Below are positions 27,148 to 36,837 of a stretch of 64,000 nucleotides of DNA, piece by piece; position 1 is the stretch's first letter, and each line of letters opens with the position of its first letter. The notes under the pieces were generated by a model that ran no database searches, was not told the DNA's origin, and saw only the letters and a list, made by a program, of their open reading frames with translations. Source of the DNA: Candidatus Tenderia sp. (GTDB lineage: Bacteria > Pseudomonadota > Gammaproteobacteria > Tenderiales > Tenderiaceae); contig JANOSY010000005.1 of assembly GCA_031416075.1 (NCBI GenBank), positions 1-64,000 of the forward strand, written 5' to 3'. A program made the position numbers and the translations under genes.

Positions 27148-28101
27148 ATGAAACTACAACAGCTCGTCTACATCCGTGAAGTCGCCCGCCGCAACCTCAA
27201 CGTCTCGGCCGCTGCCGACGCACTCTATACCGCCCAACCGGGGGTCAGCAGCCAGATCCGCCTGCTGGAAGATGAGCTGAACGTCCAGATCTTTGAACGC
27301 AATGGCAAACGGCTAGTGGGAATCACCGAACCCGGCCGTGCCATCCTGGCAATTACCGAGCGGGTATTGCAAGAGATTAGCAATATCAAAAAGGTCAGTG
27401 GCGAATATACCAACGAAGGCAACGGCCGGCTCTCCATTGCCACCACCCATACCCAGGCCCGCTACGCCCTGCCACCTGCCATCGCAAAATTCAAACAACG
27501 TTACCCTGAGGTACGGCTCGAACTACACCAGGGCAGCCCCGCCCATGTGGCTGAACTGGCCGCCAAGGGGCATGCCGATATCGCCATCGCTACCGAAGCC
27601 ATCGAAAATTTTCCCGATCTGGTGATGCTACCCTGCCATGAGTGGAACCGCTGCGTGGTCTGCCCACCTGACCACCCCCTGACTAAGCTCAAATCGTTAA
27701 CACTGGAGGCGCTGGCTCAGCACCCTATTGTTACCTATGATTTTGCGGTGGCGGGACGCACTAAGATCAATCAAGCCTTTGAGGCCAAAGGGCTTAGTCC
27801 TAACGTGGTATTAACTGCCATCGACTCTGATGTCATCAAAACTTATGTGGAACTGGGGCTGGGGGTGGGGATTCTGGCCAAGATGGCCTTTGATCCAAAG
27901 CGGGACACGGCACTGGTCGCGATCGATGCCGCCCACCTGTTTGAGCCAAGCATCACCCGCATCGGCATCCGCAAGGGGGCCTATCTACGACGTTATCTTT
28001 ATGATTTTATTGAGCTGTTTGTCCCGCACCTGGACCGCAACACGGTGGAAGCGGCCATGGCGGGACACCGTCTCGGGGACGACATTGCTGACGAGGGTTA
28101 A
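27148..28101 (+). CDS. cysB: CysB/Cbl-family LysR regulator
   Basis: MKLQQL..LNVS.AA..LYTAQPGVS, ATTHTQARY, DSDVIKTYV. Confidence 0.9.
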   Translation: MKLQQLVYIREVARRNLNVSAAADALYTAQPGVSSQIRLLEDELNVQIFERNGKRLVGITEPGRAILAITERVLQEISNIKKVSGEYTNEGNGRLSIATTHTQARYALPPAIAKFKQRYPEVRLELHQGSPAHVAELAAKGHADIAIATEAIENFPDLVMLPCHEWNRCVVCPPDHPLTKLKSLTLEALAQHPIVTYDFAVAGRTKINQAFEAKGLSPNVVLTAIDSDVIKTYVELGLGVGILAKMAFDPKRDTALVAIDAAHLFEPSITRIGIRKGAYLRRYLYDFIELFVPHLDRNTVEAAMAGHRLGDDIADEG

Positions 28102-30396
28102 CTACCCCTCGGCCTCATCCTCAGCCGGGGCGCTGTAACCACACTCCTTCTGCGGACAGACCTTCTCCGTACCATTGCGCTTGGTGGTCTTTAAGGTCAG
28201 GATCGGCCAAGCACAGTTGGGGCACACCTCATTCAGGGGTGGATTCCAGACCGCATATTTACAGTCGGGGTAACTGGAGCAGGAGAAAAACATCTTGCCG
28301 TAACGGGACTTACGGGAGACCAGGGTCCCCTTGTTACACTCAGGACACTTCACCCCCGTATCGGCAGGCTGCTCCAACGGTTCAATATGTTTGCACTTGG
28401 GGTAACTGGAGCAGCCGATAAACTTGCCGTAACGGCCACTGCGAATGATCAGCGGCGATTCACACTTGGGGCAGCTGCGTCCTTCAACCACTTCAGGCTC
28501 TGAGGAGCCCTCTTCACCGTCCCCCTCCAGACCACGGGTATAGTCACATTCAGGGAATCCGGTGCAACCGATAAAACGACCACGGCGTCCCAAACGAATG
28601 GATAGTGGTTTGCCACACTTTGGGCACGCCTCATCCAGCGCCTCATGGGTCACATCCTGACGGCTGACGTTGGCATCAATCTCGTCGATTTTGTCCTTAA
28701 ACGGGGTCCAGAACTTCTCCAGCAGCGGCGTCCACTCCCCCTCACCACGGGAGACAGCATCCAGCTCATCCTCAAGTTTGGCGGTAAATTCATAGTCCAC
28801 ATACTTAAAAAAGTACTCGGCCAGAAACTTATTAACGATGCGCCCAACATCGGTCGGCTGGAACCGTTTTTTGTCGAGTGTCACGTATTCACGCTGCTGC
28901 AGCGTGGAGATAATGGCGGCATAGGTGGAAGGACGGCCAATACCGTGCTCTTCCAGAGCCTTCACCAGACTCGCCTCGCTGAAGCGCGGTGGTGGCTCGG
29001 TGAAGTGCTGTTCGGGGCGGATTTTCAAGAGCTTGATGGTATCGCCCTCGGCAATGGCGGGTAGCATCTTCTCTTCGTCAGCCGCCTTGGCATCATCCAC
29101 ATCCTCCTGATAGACCGCCATGAAACCTGCCGTCTCCACGGATGAGCCATTGGCACGGAAGATATGATCTGCGCTGCCAGCGGTCATATCCACCGCCATG
29201 GTATTGATGGTGGCATGAATCATCTGACAGGCCACGGTCCGTTTCCAGATCAACTCATAGAGCTTGAGCTGATCTTTATTCAGCGCATCTTTAAGGCTGG
29301 CAGGGTCACGCTCAACGGAGGTGGGGCGAATCGCCTCATGGGCCTCCTGGGCATTTTTCGATTTGGTCTTGTAGACATTTGGCTCTTGCGGCACGTTGTC
29401 CGCCCCAAAACGTTCACCGATATAGTGGCGAATCTCCTCCACCGCCTCTTTGGCCAAGTTGACCGAGTCGGTACGCATATAACTGATCAGACCGGTGGCA
29501 CCGCTGCCGGTATCGATCCCTTCATAGAGCTGCTGGGCGATACGCATGGTGCGCTGGGCGGTAAAACCAAGTTTGCGTGACGCCTCTTGCTGCAGGGTGG
29601 AGGTGATAAAAGGCGGGGCCGGATTGCGCTTGCGCTTCTTTTTATCGACCTTAATGACGTTCAAAACACCGGCTGCCGCCTGATTCAAGACCTGCTCAAT
29701 GTTAGCGGCCTGATCACCATTGGTGACACTGAACTGACTCAGCTTTTCATTGCCGTACTGGATCAGTTTGGCCTTGAAATCGGCCCCTTTATTCAGGTCA
29801 GCCTCGATGCTCCAGTACTCTTGGGCGATGAACTTTTCAATATCGAGTTCGCGTTCCACAATCATACGTAGCGCCGGACTCTGTACCCGCCCGGCGGAGA
29901 GGCCACGGCGGATTTTTTTCCACAACAGTGGTGAGAGATTAAAACCGACCAGATAATCAAGGGCGCGGCGCGCCTGCTGGGCGTTGACCAATTCTGTGGC
30001 CAGCTCGCGCGGATTTTCCATCGCATCCAGGATCGCCTTCTGGGTGATCTCGTGAAAGACAACACGCTGGACACTCTTTCCTTTCAACAACCCTTTTTCT
30101 TTCAAGTATTCGCAGATGTGCCAGGAGATCGCCTCCCCCTCTCTATCAGGGTCAGTGGCCAGATAGAGGGCATCAGCCTTGGCAATCGCCTTGGCAATCG
30201 CGTCGATATGTTTCTGGTTTTTGTCGATCACCTGATACTTCATGGCAAAGCCATTCTCAGTATCAACCGCCCCCTCTTTAGGCAGCAGATCGCGCACGTG
30301 GCCATAAGAGGCCAACACTTCAAAACCAGCACCAAGATACTTTTTAATCGTCTTGCACTTGGCTGGGGATTCTACGATGACTAGGTTTTTGCTCAT
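28102..30396 (-). CDS. topA: DNA topoisomerase I with four C-terminal zinc ribbons
   Basis: VIVESPAK, ATDPDREGE, SAGRVQS, ISYMRTDS, GIGRPSTY. Confidence 0.97.
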   Translation of the reverse strand: MSKNLVIVESPAKCKTIKKYLGAGFEVLASYGHVRDLLPKEGAVDTENGFAMKYQVIDKNQKHIDAIAKAIAKADALYLATDPDREGEAISWHICEYLKEKGLLKGKSVQRVVFHEITQKAILDAMENPRELATELVNAQQARRALDYLVGFNLSPLLWKKIRRGLSAGRVQSPALRMIVERELDIEKFIAQEYWSIEADLNKGADFKAKLIQYGNEKLSQFSVTNGDQAANIEQVLNQAAAGVLNVIKVDKKKRKRNPAPPFITSTLQQEASRKLGFTAQRTMRIAQQLYEGIDTGSGATGLISYMRTDSVNLAKEAVEEIRHYIGERFGADNVPQEPNVYKTKSKNAQEAHEAIRPTSVERDPASLKDALNKDQLKLYELIWKRTVACQMIHATINTMAVDMTAGSADHIFRANGSSVETAGFMAVYQEDVDDAKAADEEKMLPAIAEGDTIKLLKIRPEQHFTEPPPRFSEASLVKALEEHGIGRPSTYAAIISTLQQREYVTLDKKRFQPTDVGRIVNKFLAEYFFKYVDYEFTAKLEDELDAVSRGEGEWTPLLEKFWTPFKDKIDEIDANVSRQDVTHEALDEACPKCGKPLSIRLGRRGRFIGCTGFPECDYTRGLEGDGEEGSSEPEVVEGRSCPKCESPLIIRSGRYGKFIGCSSYPKCKHIEPLEQPADTGVKCPECNKGTLVSRKSRYGKMFFSCSSYPDCKYAVWNPPLNEVCPNCAWPILTLKTTKRNGTEKVCPQKECGYSAPAEDEAEG

Positions 30397-30514
30397 GGAG
30401 TTCTGCGTCAGTCGTCCGTGGTATTGGTTGTGGTGATAGCGGTCGTAGCGTTACAGAGTTTAGGCGACCAGCCATCAACGGTGGTTTTATCTCAAGGCGT
30501 TATGCCCACTACGC

Positions 30515-30997
30515 TTAATGGAGGTGTGCCGACATGCCGTCAAACAGCAGATCTTCCATCCAGGCCAGTGCCGCTTCCTGTCCCGGCTGGTTAAACAGCA
30601 CCATCAGGATGACCCATTTCAGTTGTGGCAGATCAATCTCATCCGACTCCAGTGCCATGGCGCGGTCAATCACCAGTTCACGGTTTACCGGATCCAACAC
30701 ACCGGTCTGCTCCAGAAATTGCATAAATCCCCGGCACTCCCGGTCAAGACGGACCTGCTCCTGGGCAGCATAGATACGAATGGAACGATTGGCCTCAAAC
30801 TGGTCATCAAACTCGTGCTCTCGGGCATTGGCCAGCGCTTCGAGCCAGGCAAAGGCCTTTTCGATCTCCTGGTGCTGAAAACCAGCTTCATCGAGGTGGC
30901 CGCGTAAAATCGACTCCTCAGGCATCACCCCGGTTTCGCTGTCCAGACAATGTTCAAATAGATACATCAGGATGTCTAACATCTTCTCTTTAATCAC
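30515..30997 (-). CDS. smg: Smg/DUF494 protein
   Basis: MLDILMYLFE..LKWVILMVLFNQPG; lies between dprA and topA. Confidence 0.93.
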   Translation of the reverse strand: MIKEKMLDILMYLFEHCLDSETGVMPEESILRGHLDEAGFQHQEIEKAFAWLEALANAREHEFDDQFEANRSIRIYAAQEQVRLDRECRGFMQFLEQTGVLDPVNRELVIDRAMALESDEIDLPQLKWVILMVLFNQPGQEAALAWMEDLLFDGMSAHLH

Positions 30998-31016
30998 TTT
31001 ATTAAAATCGTCGGGC

Positions 31017-32141
31017 CTATTTTCCTATCCGGGAATAGCGCCCTCCGGCGGCGGAGGATACCACTCCCTGCAGCTCCAAGGCCAGCAGAATGGCCGAAAC
31101 CACCTCCGTCGTCAAATGGGTGCGCTCCACCAGAGCATCCACCGAGATTGGGTCATACCCCATATTTTCAAACACCTGCTGCTGATCGGCATCCAGCACC
31201 AAAGTGGCAACATTGCCCCCATCCACATGGCTGGAAACGAGGTCACGGGAGATGTGCGAACCCAGCTCTTCAAGGATATCCTCAACCGTCTCCACCAGTT
31301 TCGCCCCCTGGCGAATCAAGGCGTGACAGCCACGCGCCAGCGGATTGTGGATAGAACCGGGGATGGCAAACACCTCACGCCCCTGTTCTGCTGCCAACCG
31401 CGCCGTGATCAACGACCCACTGCGCGGGGCCGCCTCCACCACCAGCGTCCCTAAACTCAAACCACTGATGATGCGGTTGCGGCGTGGAAAGTGGTCTGCC
31501 AGTGGCGGGGTGCCGATGGGAAACTCCGAAACCAGGGCCCCCGTCGCGGCAATCTGGTGCGCCAGTTCACGATGGCGGGCCGGGTAGACTCTATCTAGCC
31601 CGGTGCCGGTCACTGCAATGGTCACACCCCCGCCCGCCAGCGCCCCTTCATGGGCCGCCGCATCAATCCCCAACGCCAAACCACTGGTGATCGCCAGTCC
31701 AGCCTGGGCCAGACTCTTGGCAAAGTGGCGGGCGTTCTCCTCCCCACCGGCTGAGGGGTTACGGCTCCCCACAACCCCCAGCTGGGGAAGATTAAGCACA
31801 GCGGGGTCACCATTAACAAACAGCAGTGGCGGCGGATCAGCAGCCTCCAGCAGCAGCGCTGGGTAAGCTGCATCGGCCAAGGTGATGATATGGTGACGAT
31901 CACTCGCCGCCAGCCACGCCAGATCCTTATCAACCACCTGCCAATCAGGGTCACCGAGCCACTCCAGGGTCGCTCGTGGCAAACCACTGCCTGCCAGCTC
32001 CCTGACGCCGTAGCTGAAGACAGCAGCTGGCTCACCATAACGTAGCAGCAGCTCAGCAAACCGTTTGGCACCAATGCCAGGGCAGTGCAACAGGGCAAGC
32101 CAGTCACTAAGCGGGGGACGAGTAGCAGGAGTTTCGATCAT
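31017..32141 (-). CDS. dprA: DNA-processing protein DprA
   Basis: VGSR, SGLALGID, FPRRNRIISGLS, SGSLITA, REVFAIPGSI. Confidence 0.96.
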   Translation of the reverse strand: MIETPATRPPLSDWLALLHCPGIGAKRFAELLLRYGEPAAVFSYGVRELAGSGLPRATLEWLGDPDWQVVDKDLAWLAASDRHHIITLADAAYPALLLEAADPPPLLFVNGDPAVLNLPQLGVVGSRNPSAGGEENARHFAKSLAQAGLAITSGLALGIDAAAHEGALAGGGVTIAVTGTGLDRVYPARHRELAHQIAATGALVSEFPIGTPPLADHFPRRNRIISGLSLGTLVVEAAPRSGSLITARLAAEQGREVFAIPGSIHNPLARGCHALIRQGAKLVETVEDILEELGSHISRDLVSSHVDGGNVATLVLDADQQQVFENMGYDPISVDALVERTHLTTEVVSAILLALELQGVVSSAAGGRYSRIGK

Positions 32142-32193
32142 AGAGTGATACGCTGGCGACAGAGGTGCCGCCAGCGTATCACTTTAAACACTA

Positions 32194-33255
32194 TTATGGG
32201 TTGCTGACCATGTCAGCTGCACGAATATTACGGGTAGCATTCATCACCATGGCATAACTGATACGGTCAAAACTGCGCACTACCATCAGCAGCCCCGCTC
32301 GCTCATCCGGAAGTCGCACCTCTTCCTTAGAGGTAAAGTAGCTCGCCAACCCCGTGCCTTTCACAATATCGCCACCCTGGTTCACCGCCAACACATGGCC
32401 AACCTCAATGCCATCCTGCTTACCAAGATCAATCACCACTGTCTGGTGCTGGCCGGCGCTGGACATGCCATCGATCAGTGAAATAATCTGCCCGTCAACC
32501 TTCTGCTCAGGGGAGTGTGGCAAAAAACTCTGATCCAGTTCGGCCTTATCACTCACCAGCACTTTGTCGCCAATCAGGGTCTCACGGTAACTTTTGCTGA
32601 TGCGTAGAGTTGCAGGATCACCTTCACGGGTAAGCTGGGCATCTGAAACGTGGATTGCCTCGTAGCCGAGAATATCATCCTCGTTTTCAGGATTACGATA
32701 CGTCTGGTTGATGCGGTAAATACTGTAACCCTTAATGCCCGGTGTCTGGGCAAGCTGCTGGACATAGACAATATTCCCGGCACCACTCACCAGACGGGAG
32801 TCCTGCGCGGCTACGATAGAGCCGGCCTGATCCAGCTGCTCCTGGGTAAGGATGCGTGGCTGAAACAGGAACTGGCTAATGGCGGTGGCCGGTACAGTCC
32901 GAATTGCCCCCCCCAGCTGGGTGGGGCGTGCCTGTGGTGACAGCTTGACCATATTTTGCGCCCCCGACCCACCACGCTCCAGTTGCAATACCGGCTTACC
33001 GTCCACATAGACCAGGGAGAGGATATCCCCAGGGTAGATCAGGTGAGGGTTTTTAATCTCGGGATTCAGGTTCCAGATTTCGGGCCAGCGCCATGGATCG
33101 CGCAAAAACTTGCTGGAGATATCCCACAATGTATCCCCCGTCACCACCACATGGCGGCTTGGGTGGTCAGGCTTGAGCGCCAGAGTGTCCGCTAACAGAG
33201 TGCCGTTGAAATAGAGAGTGACTGCAACAGCCAACAGAGCTTTCCTGATAAACAT
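32194..33255 (-). CDS. LysM peptidoglycan-binding protein (TsaP-like)
   Basis: GDTLWDIS..PWRWPEIW..NPHLIYPGD; canonical position between def and dprA. Confidence 0.9.
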   Translation of the reverse strand: MFIRKALLAVAVTLYFNGTLLADTLALKPDHPSRHVVVTGDTLWDISSKFLRDPWRWPEIWNLNPEIKNPHLIYPGDILSLVYVDGKPVLQLERGGSGAQNMVKLSPQARPTQLGGAIRTVPATAISQFLFQPRILTQEQLDQAGSIVAAQDSRLVSGAGNIVYVQQLAQTPGIKGYSIYRINQTYRNPENEDDILGYEAIHVSDAQLTREGDPATLRISKSYRETLIGDKVLVSDKAELDQSFLPHSPEQKVDGQIISLIDGMSSAGQHQTVVIDLGKQDGIEVGHVLAVNQGGDIVKGTGLASYFTSKEEVRLPDERAGLLMVVRSFDRISYAMVMNATRNIRAADMVSNP

Positions 33256-33411
33256 GGAGCATCCTTATAAAATCGTTTCCGTACGAAGCTAGTGATTCTG
33301 CCAAAGTACACCAACTTTAAGACTAATTGTAACTAATGGCGACAACAAGCTGCGATGAACTGAGTTCAGCAGTATAATCGGCAGACGACATTTTTAATTA
33401 ATGACTATTAT

Positions 33412-33915
33412 ATGGCCATCAGACCGATATTACACTTTCCCGACCCCAAACTGAGAACAGCATCCATCCCGGTGGTGGAGGTCGACGACAATATTCGCAC
33501 ATTGATCGACGATATGCTCGAAACCATGTACGAAGCGCCGGGCATCGGCTTGGCCGCGCCCCAGGTGGCAGCGTTCCAGCGGGTGATTGTAGTGGATACC
33601 TCTGAAGACCGCAGCACCCCGCTGGTCCTTGTGAATCCGGAACTGCTGGAGTGCCGGGGCCTGGAGGAGATGGATGAGGGGTGTCTCTCGGTACCGGGGA
33701 TTTTTGAGCCGGTAGAGCGTGCAGAGTGGATCCGGGTGCGGGCGCTGGATCGCAGCGGCCAACCGTTTGAGATGGAGGCCAGTGGTCTGGAGGCGGTCTG
33801 TATCCAGCATGAGATTGACCATCTCGACGGTAAACTGTTTGTTGACTACCTCTCTGACATGAAGCGCAACCGCATCCGCAAGAAGATGGAAAAACAGCGT
33901 CGCCAGACACTCTGA
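33412..33915 (+). CDS. def: Peptide deformylase
   Basis: [19 protein letters not shown]. Confidence 0.98.
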   Translation: MAIRPILHFPDPKLRTASIPVVEVDDNIRTLIDDMLETMYEAPGIGLAAPQVAAFQRVIVVDTSEDRSTPLVLVNPELLECRGLEEMDEGCLSVPGIFEPVERAEWIRVRALDRSGQPFEMEASGLEAVCIQHEIDHLDGKLFVDYLSDMKRNRIRKKMEKQRRQTL

Positions 33916-33957
33916 CCCTCTGAATTGCCACTCCCTTCATCACACTATAAAGGCACC

Positions 33958-34932
33958 ATGACAGCAGCAGGTTTGAACGTAGTTTTTGCCGGAACCCCCG
34001 AATTTGCCGCCGAGGCACTACAGGCATTGATCGACTCACCTCATCAGGTGGTAGCGGCCTATACCCAACCGGATCGTCCCGCCGGGCGCGGCCGCAAACT
34101 GACCGCCAGCCCGGTTAAGCTACTGGCTCAGACCCACGGGATCCCGGTCTACCAACCGGAACGGCTCAAGGGAGAGACGGAACAGCAACAGCTGCGTGAG
34201 CTGGGGGCCGACGTTATGGTCGTCGTGGCGTACGGTTTGATTCTGCCCAAGGCCGTCCTTGATATCCCACGCTTGGGGTGCATTAACATTCACGCCTCGC
34301 TCCTGCCGCGCTGGCGTGGTGCCGCACCGATCCAGCGCGCCATTCTTGCCGGTGATGAGATGAGCGGCGTTACCATTATGCAGATGGATGCTGGGCTTGA
34401 TACCGGCGCCATGCTAATCATCGAAACCACCCCCATCGGTCATGACGATACCGCCAGCACCCTGCATGACCGTCTGGCCGAGATCGGCGCACGCACCGTG
34501 CTCACCGCACTGGAGCAGCTCCAGCGTGGCACCGCCGCGCCGGTCATCCAGAATGAGGCGGATACCTGTTACGCCCAAAAGCTCTCAAAAGAGGAGGCGT
34601 TGCTGGCGTGGGAACGCCCGGCCATCGAACTCGAACGGCAGGTCCGTGCCTTCAACCCCTGGCCGGTGGCCCAAAGCCACTACGAAGGGGAGGTGGTGCG
34701 GATCTGGCAGGCGCGTGCCCTGGAGGGTGAAGACAACCATGGTCTGGCCCCCGGCAGTGTGGTGGCCGCCACCAAGGCCGGTGTCGATATCGCCACCGGC
34801 AAGGGTCTGCTGCGACTGGAGCAGGCGCAACTGCCGGGGGGGCGACCGCTGGCGGCGGTGGATCTGCTCAACGCCCGCAAATCACTGAAGCAGGCCGGTG
34901 CCTGTTTTAATACCCCCGCAGTCACTGCCTGA
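33958..34932 (+). CDS. fmt: Methionyl-tRNA formyltransferase
   Basis: FAGTPEFA, TQPDRPAGRG, NIHASLLPRWRGAAPIQ. Confidence 0.97.
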   Translation: MTAAGLNVVFAGTPEFAAEALQALIDSPHQVVAAYTQPDRPAGRGRKLTASPVKLLAQTHGIPVYQPERLKGETEQQQLRELGADVMVVVAYGLILPKAVLDIPRLGCINIHASLLPRWRGAAPIQRAILAGDEMSGVTIMQMDAGLDTGAMLIIETTPIGHDDTASTLHDRLAEIGARTVLTALEQLQRGTAAPVIQNEADTCYAQKLSKEEALLAWERPAIELERQVRAFNPWPVAQSHYEGEVVRIWQARALEGEDNHGLAPGSVVAATKAGVDIATGKGLLRLEQAQLPGGRPLAAVDLLNARKSLKQAGACFNTPAVTA

Positions 34933-34933
34933 G

Positions 34934-36241
34934 ATGGATGTACGTGCAGTGGCAGCCATGGCCCTGAGTGAGGTGTTTCGCCAGGGCCACTCTCTCACCT
35001 CGGTACTGCCTCGTTGGCAGACACAGCTCTCAGCCAAGGATCGTCCGCTCCTGCAGGAGCTCTGTTACGGTGTGCTGCGCTGGCAGCCACGGCTTGATGC
35101 GCTGGCATCGCAGTTGCTGCAAAAACCCTTCAAAACCAAAGATATGGATGTTCACGCCCTGGTCCTGCTGGGGTTTTATCAGATGATCTACCTGCGTGTG
35201 CCAGACCACGCTGCGGTCTCCGCCACTGTGGCCGTAACCACAGCGCTGAAAAAACCGTGGGCGCGTGGTTTAGTAAACGCCGTGCTGCGCAACTTTCAGC
35301 GACAAAGCGAAACCCTGCTGGCGGGGCTGGATGAAGCCCCGGTCTCACGCTGGGCCCACCCCCACTGGTTTATCGAAAAACTACGCCACGCCTACCCTGA
35401 GCAGTGGCAGACCGTGCTGGCCGCCAACAACCAATACCCACCGCTGGTGCTGCGGATTAACCGCACCAAGACAAGTCGTGACGACTATCAACAACGGCTG
35501 CTGGCCGTCGGTATCGAATCGGAGCCTACGCCTCACTGCAAAGAGGGGCTGATCCTGTCACGGGCGGTAGATGTGGAGACGCTGCCAGGGTTTTTTGATG
35601 GTGAGGTATCGGTGCAGGATTCCGCAGCACAGCTGGCTGCCGGGCTGCTGGCCGCAGAACCCGGCGACTACATCCTGGACGCTTGCGCCGCCCCCGGCGG
35701 TAAAACCGCCCATGTGCTGGAGTGCCAGCCGACAGTGGAGCTGGTGGCACTGGATCAGGATGGTGGCCGGCTGGAACGGCTGCACAACAATCTGCAACGG
35801 TTGCAGCTCCAGGCAACGGTGGTCACCGCCGATGCCGCCGCGCCCGAATTGTGGTGGGATGGCCGTCTCTTTGACCGCATCATGCTCGATGCACCCTGCT
35901 CTGCTACGGGGGTGATCCGCCGTCACCCCGATATCAAACTCCTGCGCCGCGCCGACGACATTGCCGTACTGGCGACACTGCAGGGGAAAATTTTGCGGGC
36001 ACTCTGGCCACTATTAAAACCGGGGGGTCGGTTGCTCTATGTCACCTGCTCGGTACTGCCACAAGAGAATGTACGCCAGCTCAACGCCTTTTGCCGTGAG
36101 CAGGATGACGCTCAGGAGCAGCTGATTTCGGCCCCTTGGGGAGAGGCCCAAACCGTCGGCCGGCAGATCTTACCCGGAGAGAGCGACATGGATGGCTTTT
36201 ACTACGCCTGCCTGCAAAAAGAGGCGGCCCCCACGCCATGA
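34934..36241 (+). CDS. rsmB: 16S rRNA m5C967 methyltransferase
   Basis: NusB-like N-terminus, DACAAPGGKT, LDAPCSATG, YVTCS; follows fmt. Confidence 0.95.
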   Translation: MDVRAVAAMALSEVFRQGHSLTSVLPRWQTQLSAKDRPLLQELCYGVLRWQPRLDALASQLLQKPFKTKDMDVHALVLLGFYQMIYLRVPDHAAVSATVAVTTALKKPWARGLVNAVLRNFQRQSETLLAGLDEAPVSRWAHPHWFIEKLRHAYPEQWQTVLAANNQYPPLVLRINRTKTSRDDYQQRLLAVGIESEPTPHCKEGLILSRAVDVETLPGFFDGEVSVQDSAAQLAAGLLAAEPGDYILDACAAPGGKTAHVLECQPTVELVALDQDGGRLERLHNNLQRLQLQATVVTADAAAPELWWDGRLFDRIMLDAPCSATGVIRRHPDIKLLRRADDIAVLATLQGKILRALWPLLKPGGRLLYVTCSVLPQENVRQLNAFCREQDDAQEQLISAPWGEAQTVGRQILPGESDMDGFYYACLQKEAAPTP

Positions 36242-36837
36242 TGGCTACAAGATCGACCATCACCCGTCTTAGCCTTGCCCTGCTGTTCTGGTTTGCCACC
36301 CCTTGGGCCTATGGCGATGGGGAAAAGATCACCTATCAACAGACCCCCGGGTTTGTTGTGCTCTCGGCCACCGCCCAGAATATTGAGGGAATAGTTCATC
36401 TTGACGCCACCTTTGCCCTGCGCTTTGGCACAACGTTAGAGGAGGCACTGCACAGCGGCGTGGTACTGCCACTGTTGGTGGAGATTGAGGTATTGCAACA
36501 GCGTGAATACCTCTGGCCCAAAACCGTCGCCCATGTTGAGCAGGGTTACCTGCTCTCATTCAACGCCGTCACCGGGCAATATCTGCTGCACAACCGCAAT
36601 ACCGATATCCAACAACGCCTGCCCAGCCTCAGCGCCGTCAGGGCGGTACTGGGCAATCTGAATAAGTTTCCATTGATGGGCCGCACCCAGATCAAGGAGG
36701 ACAGGCAGTATCTGGCCCGGCTGCGGATCACCGTCGCCAGTGACCAGCTGCCGGTTCCACTGCGATTAATGAGCTATGTCACATCCGATTGGGACATACA
36801 GAGTGAGTGGTACCAGTGGCCATTAAAAGTGCGTTAA
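36238..36837 (+). CDS. DUF4390 periplasmic protein
   Basis: Signal peptide, EALHSGV.L, LPVPLR; lies between rsmB and the sensor kinase. Confidence 0.85.
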   Translation: MMATRSTITRLSLALLFWFATPWAYGDGEKITYQQTPGFVVLSATAQNIEGIVHLDATFALRFGTTLEEALHSGVVLPLLVEIEVLQQREYLWPKTVAHVEQGYLLSFNAVTGQYLLHNRNTDIQQRLPSLSAVRAVLGNLNKFPLMGRTQIKEDRQYLARLRITVASDQLPVPLRLMSYVTSDWDIQSEWYQWPLKVR

